Positions 28,770 to 37,055 of a stretch of 64,000 bases of DNA are shown in pieces. The number at the start of each line of letters is the position of its first letter. Within the stretch, counting starts at the first letter, position 1. The DNA lies in NCBI GenBank assembly GCA_001793945.1, contig MGIW01000004.1:26843-90842 (forward strand). The letters are read 5' to 3'. The position numbers and the translations under genes were made by a program. The DNA comes from Candidatus Wolfebacteria bacterium RIFOXYD12_FULL_48_21 (GTDB lineage: Bacteria; Patescibacteriota; Minisyncoccia; UBA6257; UBA9933). The notes under the pieces were generated by a model. It worked only from the letters and a program-made list of their open reading frames with translations, made no database searches and was not told the origin of the DNA.

Positions 28770-29153
28770 ATGCATAAAATTGTTATCGTCGAAGACGAGG
28801 AGGCTCTGGCAAGAGTACTCAAAGAAAAATTTGAAGGCGAAGAGTTCGTTGTGGAACTGGCAATGGATGGAAAGGTTGCGCTTCCGATCATACAAAAGAT
28901 GCGTCCCGACCTCGTACTGCTCGACCTGATGCTCCCGAAAAGGGACGGTATAGATGTCTTGAAGGACATCAAGGCCGATCGGGATCTGGAAAATCTTCCG
29001 GTCATCGTGCTGTCCAATCTGGATGGAGACGAAGATATCAAGCAGGCGATAGCACTCGGAGCGAAAGACTATTTCGTAAAAAGCCAACATCCGATCAAGG
29101 AAGTCGTGGAAAAGGTCAAAGACTTTTTGATCAATCCGCAGCAATATAAGTAA
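28770..29153 (+). CDS. Single-domain response regulator (receiver only)
   Basis: IVIVEDE, PDLVLLDLMLPKRDG, VLSN, GAKDYFVK; TATACT 6 nt upstream. Confidence 0.92.
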   Translation: MHKIVIVEDEEALARVLKEKFEGEEFVVELAMDGKVALPIIQKMRPDLVLLDLMLPKRDGIDVLKDIKADRDLENLPVIVLSNLDGDEDIKQAIALGAKDYFVKSQHPIKEVVEKVKDFLINPQQYK

Positions 29154-29237
29154 GCCATAAAGCTCCGCCGTGTATGGCGGGGTTTTTAAGCATATATTCG
29201 ACACAGTAGGGAAATAACAAAAAATAATTGATTTTCT

Positions 29238-29285
29238 TGTCATTCCGAGCGGAGCAGTACTCTGCGAAGTCGAGGAATCTGCAGA
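29238..29285. repeat. Half copy of the TGTC-type palindromic repeat
   Basis: TGTCATTCCGAGCG...CGAGGAATCTGCAGA. Confidence 0.65.
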
Positions 29286-29324
29286 ACCATTAGTAAACTT
29301 GAGGTGATAAATACGAATGTAATT

Positions 29325-30611
29325 ATGAAAAAAAGACAATATTATGATGTGGCAGTTATCGGTGGCGGGCCTGCCGGCATGATGGCGGCAGGCCGCGCCG
29401 CGGAACTGGGTGCGCGCGTCGTATTGGTGGAAAAAAATGAAAGCCTGGGTAAAAAACTGCTGCTTACCGGAGGCGGGCGATGCAATCTTACGAACGCCGA
29501 GCCGGATGCGCGAAAGTTTATAGAAAAACTTGGCGGCAAGAACGGCAAATTCTTTTTTTCGCCGCTCGCGGCATTTGGAACGCAACAGACGGTTGATTTT
29601 TTTGAACGCATGGGGGTAAAAACCAAAGTAGAGGATCGTAAGCGCGTATTTCCGATATCCGATAACGCAGCGGATATTTTGCATGCCTTGGAGGCATACA
29701 TGGAGCGCGGCAATGTTACCGTAATGACAGATGCAACGGCGGCCGGATTTAATACAAGAGAAAACAAGCTGACCCAACTATTATTGCGGGGGGGTGAGGT
29801 GGAGGCGGCATCGTATGTGCTGACCACAGGCGGGCGCTCAAGGCCGGAAACGGGTTCGAGCGGCGAGGGGCTGAAGTGGGTCGCGAAATTGGGACACCAT
29901 GTGTTAAATCCATTCCCGGCATTGGTGCCATTAAAAATATCCGACGCGTGGGTAAAAAAGACACAGGGACTGAGTATGGACAATGTAGCGGTAACACTGT
30001 TGGTAAATGGGAAAAAAGATTCTGCGCGCACGGGAAATATTTTGTTTACGCACTTCGGCATGAGCGGGCCGACGATATTGGATATGAGTAAGCGGGTTGG
30101 AGAGGTAGTAAAGGATAAAAGTGCGGAAGTGCTTTTATCTCTCGACCTTAAACCGGCGCTGACGATTGCGCAACTGGATGAGCGAATGCAAAAGGATTTT
30201 AAAAAATATCAGAACAAGACATTCCGAAACAGTCTCGATGATCTTTTGCCGAGGAAATTGATTCCCGCGATAATCGCGTTGGTAAAGATCAATCCCAATA
30301 AAGCGGTACATGAAATAACGCGTGAGGATCGGCTGCGGTTAGTAAAAATGCTTAAAGACCTGCGCATGACGCCGATCGGACTTTTGGGGTTCGACAAGGC
30401 GATCGCGTCGAGCGGTGGTGTAGACTTAAATGAGGTAGATTCAAAAACGATGTGCTCGAAACTGGTGGAAAATCTCTATTTCGCCGGAGATGTGCTTGAT
30501 ATTGATGCGCCGACGGGAGGGTTTAATTTGCAATTGTGCTGGAGCGCAGGGTATGTGGCCGGTGAAGCGGCGGCCCGCGAAGCAATAAAGGAAAGGAATG
30601 CGCATATATGA
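29325..30611 (+). CDS. HI0933/BaiN-family flavoprotein oxidoreductase
   Basis: GGGPAGMMAA, GKKLLLTGGGRCNLTN, LFTHFGMSGP, LYFAGDVLD..TGGFNLQ. Confidence 0.93.
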   Translation: MKKRQYYDVAVIGGGPAGMMAAGRAAELGARVVLVEKNESLGKKLLLTGGGRCNLTNAEPDARKFIEKLGGKNGKFFFSPLAAFGTQQTVDFFERMGVKTKVEDRKRVFPISDNAADILHALEAYMERGNVTVMTDATAAGFNTRENKLTQLLLRGGEVEAASYVLTTGGRSRPETGSSGEGLKWVAKLGHHVLNPFPALVPLKISDAWVKKTQGLSMDNVAVTLLVNGKKDSARTGNILFTHFGMSGPTILDMSKRVGEVVKDKSAEVLLSLDLKPALTIAQLDERMQKDFKKYQNKTFRNSLDDLLPRKLIPAIIALVKINPNKAVHEITREDRLRLVKMLKDLRMTPIGLLGFDKAIASSGGVDLNEVDSKTMCSKLVENLYFAGDVLDIDAPTGGFNLQLCWSAGYVAGEAAAREAIKERNAHI

Positions 30612-31519
30612 ACATAGCAATTATCGGAGCGCGCGGATGTGTAGGGTCTGCGCTCGTTAAAAAACTTATTACAACGACAGGACATACGATTATTGCGTCA
30701 TATAGACCTGAAGAGGGTGTGGGGGTAGCGCATGAGCGCGTAGTATGGCGGCTTGTCGACCTCGGCTCCGACGAGGGAACGGAGCGATTTTTATCAGCGC
30801 AAAACAGCATAGGTCCTGCCGATGTGCTGGTGTATCTGGTACATTCGTTGGACGATAGAAAATTTGAGGCAATGGATAGGGCATTTGCCGACCGAACGGG
30901 TCGAATAGCAAGGAAAGTGGGCGTGAAGCAAATAATCTATTTGGGAGGGATCATTCCTAAAAAAGAACTGTTATCGCAACATTTGCGAAGCAGACAGGAG
31001 ACCGGAAAGCGCCTGGGAGCGCACGGCGTGCCGTTGGCGGAGGTGCGGGCGAGTATCCTGCTCGGGCCGTGCAGTGTTTCATATAGAATGGTTTACTGGT
31101 TGTCCCGAAGATTTCCTGTGGTCATTATGCCGCGGTGGAGTACGACAAAATGTTCGCCCATAGCATTGGAAGACGCAGTTGCCATGGTGGCTGCGTTGAT
31201 TGAGCGTAGGTCGGACGGACACGAGATATTCGAAATAGGATCGGAAACGATGGGCTACGATGAGCTGATTATGCGCAGCGGGGCGGTCGTGCATGGGAGA
31301 CAGAGCAGGGTTATCTATGTGGGATGGTTCCCGCTGGCGATTATCGCATGGGTGGTGCAAACGATCAGCGGCGTGCCGAGACATATAGCAGCGGCGCTCA
31401 TGGGGAGCCTGAAAAACGACTCCATGATCGAACGAAACAGATTTATAGAAGTTGTTGGTCGCGCGCCAAGGCCGGTTGATGAAACACTCCGCGAACTTGC
31501 CCAAGTAATGGCGAAATAA
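30608..31519 (+). CDS. NAD(P)-binding atypical SDR (YbjT-like)
   Basis: GARGCVG, YLVHSL, IIYLGG, LSQHLRSR, RASILLG. Confidence 0.85.
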   Translation: MNIAIIGARGCVGSALVKKLITTTGHTIIASYRPEEGVGVAHERVVWRLVDLGSDEGTERFLSAQNSIGPADVLVYLVHSLDDRKFEAMDRAFADRTGRIARKVGVKQIIYLGGIIPKKELLSQHLRSRQETGKRLGAHGVPLAEVRASILLGPCSVSYRMVYWLSRRFPVVIMPRWSTTKCSPIALEDAVAMVAALIERRSDGHEIFEIGSETMGYDELIMRSGAVVHGRQSRVIYVGWFPLAIIAWVVQTISGVPRHIAAALMGSLKNDSMIERNRFIEVVGRAPRPVDETLRELAQVMAK

Positions 31520-31569
31520 AGTAGTCACGGGGCTTGCTCGGGAATAGCTATTAATGGTATACTTAATAT

Positions 31570-31658
31570 AAGATACCTTGTTTGAAAATTGAGTGAGGAC
31601 TTTTTCAAATAAGAGATCGGAACATGAAAGGCGTCCTTCTTTTGAGGGGCGTCTTTTT
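31570..31658 (+). ncRNA. Candidate small RNA
   Basis: TGGTATACT at 31555-31563, 12-bp hairpin 31577-31613, terminator 31627-31658, no plausible ORF. Confidence 0.4.
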
Positions 31659-31711
31659 GTGTGAGTATTCATTTGCAAACGGACTGGCCGATGCACTACA
31701 CTTAGCGGTAT

Positions 31712-32710
31712 ATGATCGAACACGGATTTTGGAATGATCTAAAAAGACCGGTCTTTGCACTTGCCCCCATGGCGGATGTGACCGACGCGGCATTTCGTCG
31801 CATGATCGCAAAATACGGCAAGCCCGATGTAATGTGGACCGAGTTTGTTTCCTGTGACGGGCTTTGTTCAGCGGGAAAGGAAGCGCTCCTCAAGGACCTT
31901 TGGTACGATGAGACCGAACGACCCATTGTTGCGCAAATTTTTGGCGCGACACCGGAACATTTTTATCAAGCGGCACTATTGGCACAAGAGTTGGGATTTG
32001 ACGGAATCGATATCAATATGGGGTGTCCGGAAAAAAACATTCAAAAACAAGGCGCCGGCGCAAAATTGATACAAACGCCCAAGTTGGCGCAAAAGATAAT
32101 AGCCGAGACAAAACGCGGCGCGGGAAAGATTCCGGTATCGGTAAAAACGAGAATAGGGTATACAAAAAATACGATTAATGAGTGGCTGCCGTATGTCATG
32201 GAAATGGAGCCGGCGGCAATCACGATTCACGGTAGGACAAAAAAGGAAATGTCGGCCGTTCCGGCGCATTGGGATGTCATCGCGCATGCCGTGGAACTGC
32301 GCGATGCATATTACGGCGCGAAGGATCGTCCGTTGCTCTTGGGAAACGGAGACGTCTATACGCTGGCGGATGCATTCGAGAAGGTAAAAAAATATGGAGT
32401 TGACGGTGTTATGGTCGGCCGCGGTATGTTTGGAAATCCGTGGTTCTTTGCCGGTAAGGATGCGATGAAAATATCGGGGCCGATTTCGGCGAACGACATT
32501 GCATTGCAGGAAAAGATGCGCGTCATGCTTGAGCACACAGAATTGTTTGAAACATTATTTGGGCAAACAAAGCGGTTTGATGTCATGAAAAAGCACTATA
32601 AGGCCTATGTGCATGGATTTGATGGGGCGCGGGAACTGCGCATGAAACTGATGGCTGCGCACAATGCCGAGGAAGTGAAGCGGACGCTGCACAAGGAAGG
32701 GTATCTGTAA
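31712..32710 (+). CDS. dus: tRNA-dihydrouridine synthase
   Basis: LAPMADVTD, QIFG, IDINMGCP, SVKTRIG, IHGRT, NGDV, MVGRG. Confidence 0.93.
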   Translation: MIEHGFWNDLKRPVFALAPMADVTDAAFRRMIAKYGKPDVMWTEFVSCDGLCSAGKEALLKDLWYDETERPIVAQIFGATPEHFYQAALLAQELGFDGIDINMGCPEKNIQKQGAGAKLIQTPKLAQKIIAETKRGAGKIPVSVKTRIGYTKNTINEWLPYVMEMEPAAITIHGRTKKEMSAVPAHWDVIAHAVELRDAYYGAKDRPLLLGNGDVYTLADAFEKVKKYGVDGVMVGRGMFGNPWFFAGKDAMKISGPISANDIALQEKMRVMLEHTELFETLFGQTKRFDVMKKHYKAYVHGFDGARELRMKLMAAHNAEEVKRTLHKEGYL

Positions 32711-32727
32711 TGTGCATTCGATATATT

Positions 32728-32824
32728 TGTCATCCTGACCCGCCGGATGGCGGGCGAGGAATCTGTTGCTTATAAGCAGCGACTGCAGATCCCTCGGCTT
32801 CGTTCCACTGCGCTCGGGATGACA
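32728..32824. repeat. TGTC-type palindromic repeat
   Basis: TGTCATCCTGA-CCCGCCGGATGGCGGG-CGAGGAATCT...AGATCCCTCG...TCGGGATGACA. Confidence 0.85.
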
Positions 32825-32876
32825 AGCTTCATAAAATGAATGACAACGCATCGGAAGCGATGTATAATAAGTACAT

Positions 32877-33320
32877 ATGAAAATCGCACAACAATTTCCA
32901 CAATTCAAAAAGGAACGGGCGTTGCTGATCCTCACCGGGACACAGGAAGCCGAGTTCTATCTTGCTGGAGACGGGCTGATAGAAAAAGTAGAAATGTTTC
33001 GAATCCCGCGTATCCGTTATTCCGGCAACGAAGGCTTGGCGGTGCGCCCCGGGAAGACGGGCGTTACGGGCGGCAGTTCCAAGTCAACCAAAGAACAATA
33101 CCAGCAGGAATTCACGGCAAAGTTCAAGACCACAGTAAAGCAGGTAATTAACAGAACGATCCCTACGCAAATTACCATTATCTCACCAATCATGGGCGAG
33201 ATCGAACAGATACTGCCGATTGCATCAAAGAAATCGGTAACGATGCGATTAAAAAAGAACCTCTGCGAACGCCATCCGGAAGAAATACTTGGCCATATAC
33301 AAAAGGCATTGGGTAAGTGA
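32877..33320 (+). CDS. Hypothetical protein resembling the host-attachment / baeRF (eRF1 domain 2-like) family
   Basis: LLILTGTQEAEFY strand, Gly-rich loop, QEF..F helix, IISP, KNL...EIL ending; TATAAT 8 nt upstream. Confidence 0.6.
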   Translation: MKIAQQFPQFKKERALLILTGTQEAEFYLAGDGLIEKVEMFRIPRIRYSGNEGLAVRPGKTGVTGGSSKSTKEQYQQEFTAKFKTTVKQVINRTIPTQITIISPIMGEIEQILPIASKKSVTMRLKKNLCERHPEEILGHIQKALGK

Positions 33321-33417
33321 AGCGAAGACTACAAAGAAAATCGTAGAAAGATAGATCGTAAAAAATATCCACCGTAGTTGATGGATATTTTTTTGCACCC
33401 TTTTCAAATTTAAAATT

Positions 33418-34386
33418 TTAAATTTTTTTCCCCTTAATCACTTCATTCAATATGCGCTTGACGCCATCAAGGCTCTCCCAATTATAGACCGAAATAGGAA
33501 CAACGGTCGGATTGAGTTTTTTAAGAAGCGATATCTTTTCATTGAGATCTGCCTCGGTAACCATGTCGCTCTTGCTGAGAAACAGGAACTCCTTCTTGGT
33601 AAGTAGGGCAGGGTTGTGTGCTCCGAGTTCCGAGCGAATGACCGTATAATCGTGGACCGGGTCGGGGGAGTCGGCGGGAACCAAGTGGAAAAGGATTTCC
33701 GTGCGTTCAATGTGGCGAAGAAACCTGTCCCCTAAGCCCTTTCCTTGGCTCGAGCCTTCGATCAGGCCGGGGATGTCGGCGAGGATCAATTCGTAATAAA
33801 CGCCAAGGTTCGGTTCGAGCGTGGTAAACGGATAATTGCCAACCTTGCTTTGTGCGTTGGTCAGTTCGTTGAGCAGGCTGGATTTGCCGGCGCTGGGCAG
33901 GCCAATGATGCCGACATCGGCGATCAACTTCAGCTCCAGCCGAAACATGAACTCTTCTCCCGGCGTGCCGTCTTGGTATTGGGTCGGACTGGTATTGACC
34001 GATGATTTGAAGTGAAAATTGCCCTTGCCACCCTTGCCGCCCTTGGCGATGACGATGCGCTCACCGATCTTGACCAGCTCGTAGTCTGCTCCGGTGGTCA
34101 TATTGTGGATAATGGTGCCAACAGGAACCTTGAGTATGAGATCGGCTCCGGTGTGACCATCGTTGAATTGGGGTTTTCCGGGCTCACCGCTTTCGGCCGA
34201 AATATCCTTTTTGAACCGGAATTGGTTGAGCAGGCTCAAGTCCGAGGCGGCCTCAACAACGACGTTTCCGCCATTACCGCCGCTTCCGCCGGCAGGACCG
34301 AGACTCTTCATATTCTTGTTAAAAGCTACGGCTCCGCGCCCTCCACGGCCGGAACTTGCCTTGATTACGACATCATCGATCAACAT
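33418..34386 (-). CDS. obgE: GTPase ObgE (short form)
   Basis: Gly-rich Obg fold, LELKLIADVGIIGLPSAGKS, YPFTT, DIPGLIEG, FLRHIER. Confidence 0.95.
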   Translation of the reverse strand: MLIDDVVIKASSGRGGRGAVAFNKNMKSLGPAGGSGGNGGNVVVEAASDLSLLNQFRFKKDISAESGEPGKPQFNDGHTGADLILKVPVGTIIHNMTTGADYELVKIGERIVIAKGGKGGKGNFHFKSSVNTSPTQYQDGTPGEEFMFRLELKLIADVGIIGLPSAGKSSLLNELTNAQSKVGNYPFTTLEPNLGVYYELILADIPGLIEGSSQGKGLGDRFLRHIERTEILFHLVPADSPDPVHDYTVIRSELGAHNPALLTKKEFLFLSKSDMVTEADLNEKISLLKKLNPTVVPISVYNWESLDGVKRILNEVIKGKKI

Positions 34387-34417
34387 AGTGGAATTACTAT
34401 AGCAGAGTATGGGGATA

Positions 34418-34446
34418 TTGACAAGGTGTCTGATTTGTTATATATT
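34418..34446 (+). promoter_or_regulatory. Sigma70-type promoter divergent from obgE
   Basis: TTGACA-17 nt-TATATT. Confidence 0.7.
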
Positions 34447-34503
34447 GACCATTAGCACAAGGCGTAAAAAATACCCACACATATACGGAAGGAGGTGATT
34501 TGG

Positions 34504-34566
34504 TTGACATGTAACGGAAATTGCGGCGGTTGAGGCGGATGTAGTGCAAGCGGTCGCTTGTGCTGA
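34504..34566 (+). CDS. Candidate micro-ORF 1: MTCNGNCGG(UGA)GGCSASGRLC
   Basis: AAGGAGGTGAT SD, TTG 8 nt after GGAGG; in-frame TGA at 34531 and 34564; only 9 aa if the first UGA is a stop. Confidence 0.4.
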
Positions 34567-34624
34567 CAAATAGTCCGGGAGTTTCACAAAAATACAGATA
34601 CACACAAAAGGGAGGTGATTCCGT

Positions 34625-34687
34625 ATGGTAGGAACAAACCGAAGATGGAGACTCGCGACGGTCAGTCACTGCGAAGACGGCTGTTGA
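34625..34687 (+). CDS. Candidate micro-ORF 2: MVGTNRRWRLATVSHCEDGC
   Basis: GGGAGGTGAT SD, ATG 9 nt after GGAGG; TGA at 34685 followed by a hairpin. Confidence 0.5.
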   Translation: MVGTNRRWRLATVSHCEDGC

Positions 34688-34741
34688 CGATGGGGCGTCC
34701 GGATCTGACGATCTTGCCGCCCCGAAAACAATAGTTGCATA

Positions 34742-34767
34742 CCCCGGCTTAGGCCGGGGCTTTTTTT
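34742..34767 (+). terminator. Intrinsic terminator of the micro-ORF transcript
   Basis: CCCCGGC-TTAG-GCCGGGG-C-T7. Confidence 0.85.
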
Positions 34768-34860
34768 ATTCGGTATGTGGTATACTTAAGGAAAGATCTG
34801 CCGCGTGGTCGAAGCGACAGCATAAAAGTTGGTATCATAATAAAGCACCCATGTAATGCT

Positions 34861-35301
34861 ATGAAGCAACAGACTATTGTCATAAGCGGTGTGGTAGTAT
34901 TGATACTCGGAGCGGCTTGGTATGGAATCGCGCAATTATATCCAAGCCAAAATGCACAAGCGCCGGAGGCGAGAACTGTCGTGGTCACGCTTGAACAACA
35001 AAACAATTCGGGCGAAACAGGGACTGCGACACTGACGGCCGTCGGCGGAAAAACACAGGTCGAGTTGCGGTTGACGGGCGCACCGGCAGGCATTGTGCAG
35101 CCGGCGCATATTCATACGGGAACATGCGCAAGTATAGGTGGTGTAGTGTATCCGCTGGTATTCCCGGTAGATGGAGTATCCGTTACAACACTTGATATAT
35201 CATTGGATACGATCTTCACTGAGTTGCCTATGGCAATCAATGTGCATAAATCGGCACAAGAGGCGGGTATCTATTATGCGTGCGGGGATATTGCCAAATA
35301 A
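34861..35301 (+). CDS. Membrane-anchored CHRD / Cu-Zn SOD-like domain protein
   Basis: N-terminal TM; NSGETGTATL, QPAHIHTGTC, AINVH, ACGDI. Confidence 0.75.
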   Translation: MKQQTIVISGVVVLILGAAWYGIAQLYPSQNAQAPEARTVVVTLEQQNNSGETGTATLTAVGGKTQVELRLTGAPAGIVQPAHIHTGTCASIGGVVYPLVFPVDGVSVTTLDISLDTIFTELPMAINVHKSAQEAGIYYACGDIAK

Positions 35302-35375
35302 GGATGCTCAAAAAACACCCGGAAGACGAAGGGTGTTTTTTTGTCATTCCACGAAAAGCGGTATATAATTGCCGT

Positions 35376-35831
35376 ATGACAAGGGAGCTAATCGACCAGA
35401 TCCAAAAAAAGATAGTGCATCTGTTGAAAAAGGTGGGGGACCGACCGCTCCCGGTTTTGGTACAAAAATATTGCGATGAAATAGTTCATTTGGCCGGTAA
35501 TTGGATCCTCGACGAGCTTCCCACCGCGCGAATCTATATTGTCAAAGGAATTATCGATCGGCACACGCACCATGACCTTTTGATCGTTGAATATGGCGGA
35601 AAGGCGTATGTGATCGACCCGGCCGTATGGCGGTTTTTTAAGGGGAAAAAAACGATATTGATGACGACAAAGCACACTATGCCAGAGGCATTAATAGAAA
35701 TACAAAAACTCTACCACGGCATTTGGCGCATTTCGGAACGCATGGAAAAAAGCGGTTTTGAGCGACGGCATGAGTGGGAACGGCGGGTTGAAATAAAAGT
35801 TGACGAAGCGATGCACGACATGGCATCCTAA
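35376..35831 (+). CDS. Hypothetical protein with possible transglutaminase-like Cys-His-Asp triad
   Basis: KYCDE...HHDLLIV....YVIDPA; TATAAT 6 nt upstream. Confidence 0.6.
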   Translation: MTRELIDQIQKKIVHLLKKVGDRPLPVLVQKYCDEIVHLAGNWILDELPTARIYIVKGIIDRHTHHDLLIVEYGGKAYVIDPAVWRFFKGKKTILMTTKHTMPEALIEIQKLYHGIWRISERMEKSGFERRHEWERRVEIKVDEAMHDMAS

Positions 35832-35842
35832 CGCGCACGGTC

Positions 35843-37000
35843 ATGAAAATAAAACAGGAGCAAAAAAAAGCGCATTGCGCTGTATGCGTGGTATCGGGGA
35901 ATGTACAACGGGAGTGGATCACGGCGGTAGGGATCATTGTGATGGGGACTGTTGTCTACCGCATGATGCTTAAAACGGGGGCGCTGGATGCATTTGCTCC
36001 CGGCGATGCAAATATTACATTTGGCGTTGCATTATTGATCGGCGTGGTTGCGTCGCTTTCTTCATGTATGGCGACGATCGGAGGCGTAGTGGTTGCATTC
36101 GCGCAGAAATATATTACGACAGAGGAGCGGACATGGCGATCAACCCTCAGACCGCATACGGCATTTCACATAGGTCGCATTGGGTCTTTCTTTGTACTTG
36201 GAGGGGCATTGGGGGCGATCGGGGGTACGATACATATCAGCGGGAATATGATAGCGCTGTTCAACATCGCGATTGCGATCGTTATGGCGTGGCTTGGATT
36301 GAATATTCTTGGGCTGGCGCCTTCGATTGCGCGGGCCGGTATTCGCATGCCAAAGCGTATACGAACGATATGGGACACGATGGGTAATTCGAACCGCGCA
36401 AGCACCCCATTTGTGCTGGGAGGGCTGAGTTTCTTTCTGCCCTGTGGATTTACACAAAGTATGCAACTGTTTGCGTTGGCCTCGGGAAGCATGTGGATCG
36501 GCGGTATGAGTATGGCGCTGTTTGCGGTTGGCACTGTGCCGGCCCTGTTAACGCTCGGCGTGGCAAGTGCATGGTCATCAAAGCTCAACGGGGGGATATT
36601 TAAAAAGGTTGCCGGACTCGTAGTTCTGTTGTTCGCAATCACGATCTTTAATGCGGGTCATGCTACATGGGTGAACCCATTTTCGCAAAATGTCGGCGCA
36701 AGGAAGGCTATGGTAATAGAAACGGCTCCATCGGGAGAAATACAGATAGTGCATACAAAGATAGTGCCTACGGGGTTTGATACGGAAACGACCAAGCTAA
36801 AAAAGGGCGTCCCGGTAAAGTGGATCATCAGTGCGGAACAACCAAACGGCTGCACAAATCGCATTATTGTGCCGTCTTTGGGGATATCTAAAGATATCGA
36901 GGTGGGTGATAATGTCGTATATTTCACCCCCGAAGAAGACGGCAAGTTGCCGTTCAGTTGTTGGATGGGTATGGTGCGCGGAGAATTTACCGTCAAGTAA
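35843..37000 (+). CDS. DsbD_2/TauE-like membrane protein fused to a cupredoxin domain
   Basis: ASLSSCMA..GG, FHIGRI, FFLPCGFTQ, GTVPAL; C-terminal GC..FSCWMGM. Confidence 0.88.
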   Translation: MKIKQEQKKAHCAVCVVSGNVQREWITAVGIIVMGTVVYRMMLKTGALDAFAPGDANITFGVALLIGVVASLSSCMATIGGVVVAFAQKYITTEERTWRSTLRPHTAFHIGRIGSFFVLGGALGAIGGTIHISGNMIALFNIAIAIVMAWLGLNILGLAPSIARAGIRMPKRIRTIWDTMGNSNRASTPFVLGGLSFFLPCGFTQSMQLFALASGSMWIGGMSMALFAVGTVPALLTLGVASAWSSKLNGGIFKKVAGLVVLLFAITIFNAGHATWVNPFSQNVGARKAMVIETAPSGEIQIVHTKIVPTGFDTETTKLKKGVPVKWIISAEQPNGCTNRIIVPSLGISKDIEVGDNVVYFTPEEDGKLPFSCWMGMVRGEFTVK

Positions 37001-37055
37001 TAGAGAAAAAAAGGCGACTCCGTAAAGGGGTCGTTTGTGCTATAATGACCTCATT

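Noticed and set aside
34504-34734. Genome-wide UGA reassignment (code 4 or 25) as the explanation for the micro-ORF UGAs
   Set aside because: Many clear genes end at TGA at the expected family length (1146, 17416, 49014, 53694, 55720) and none contains an internal TGA.
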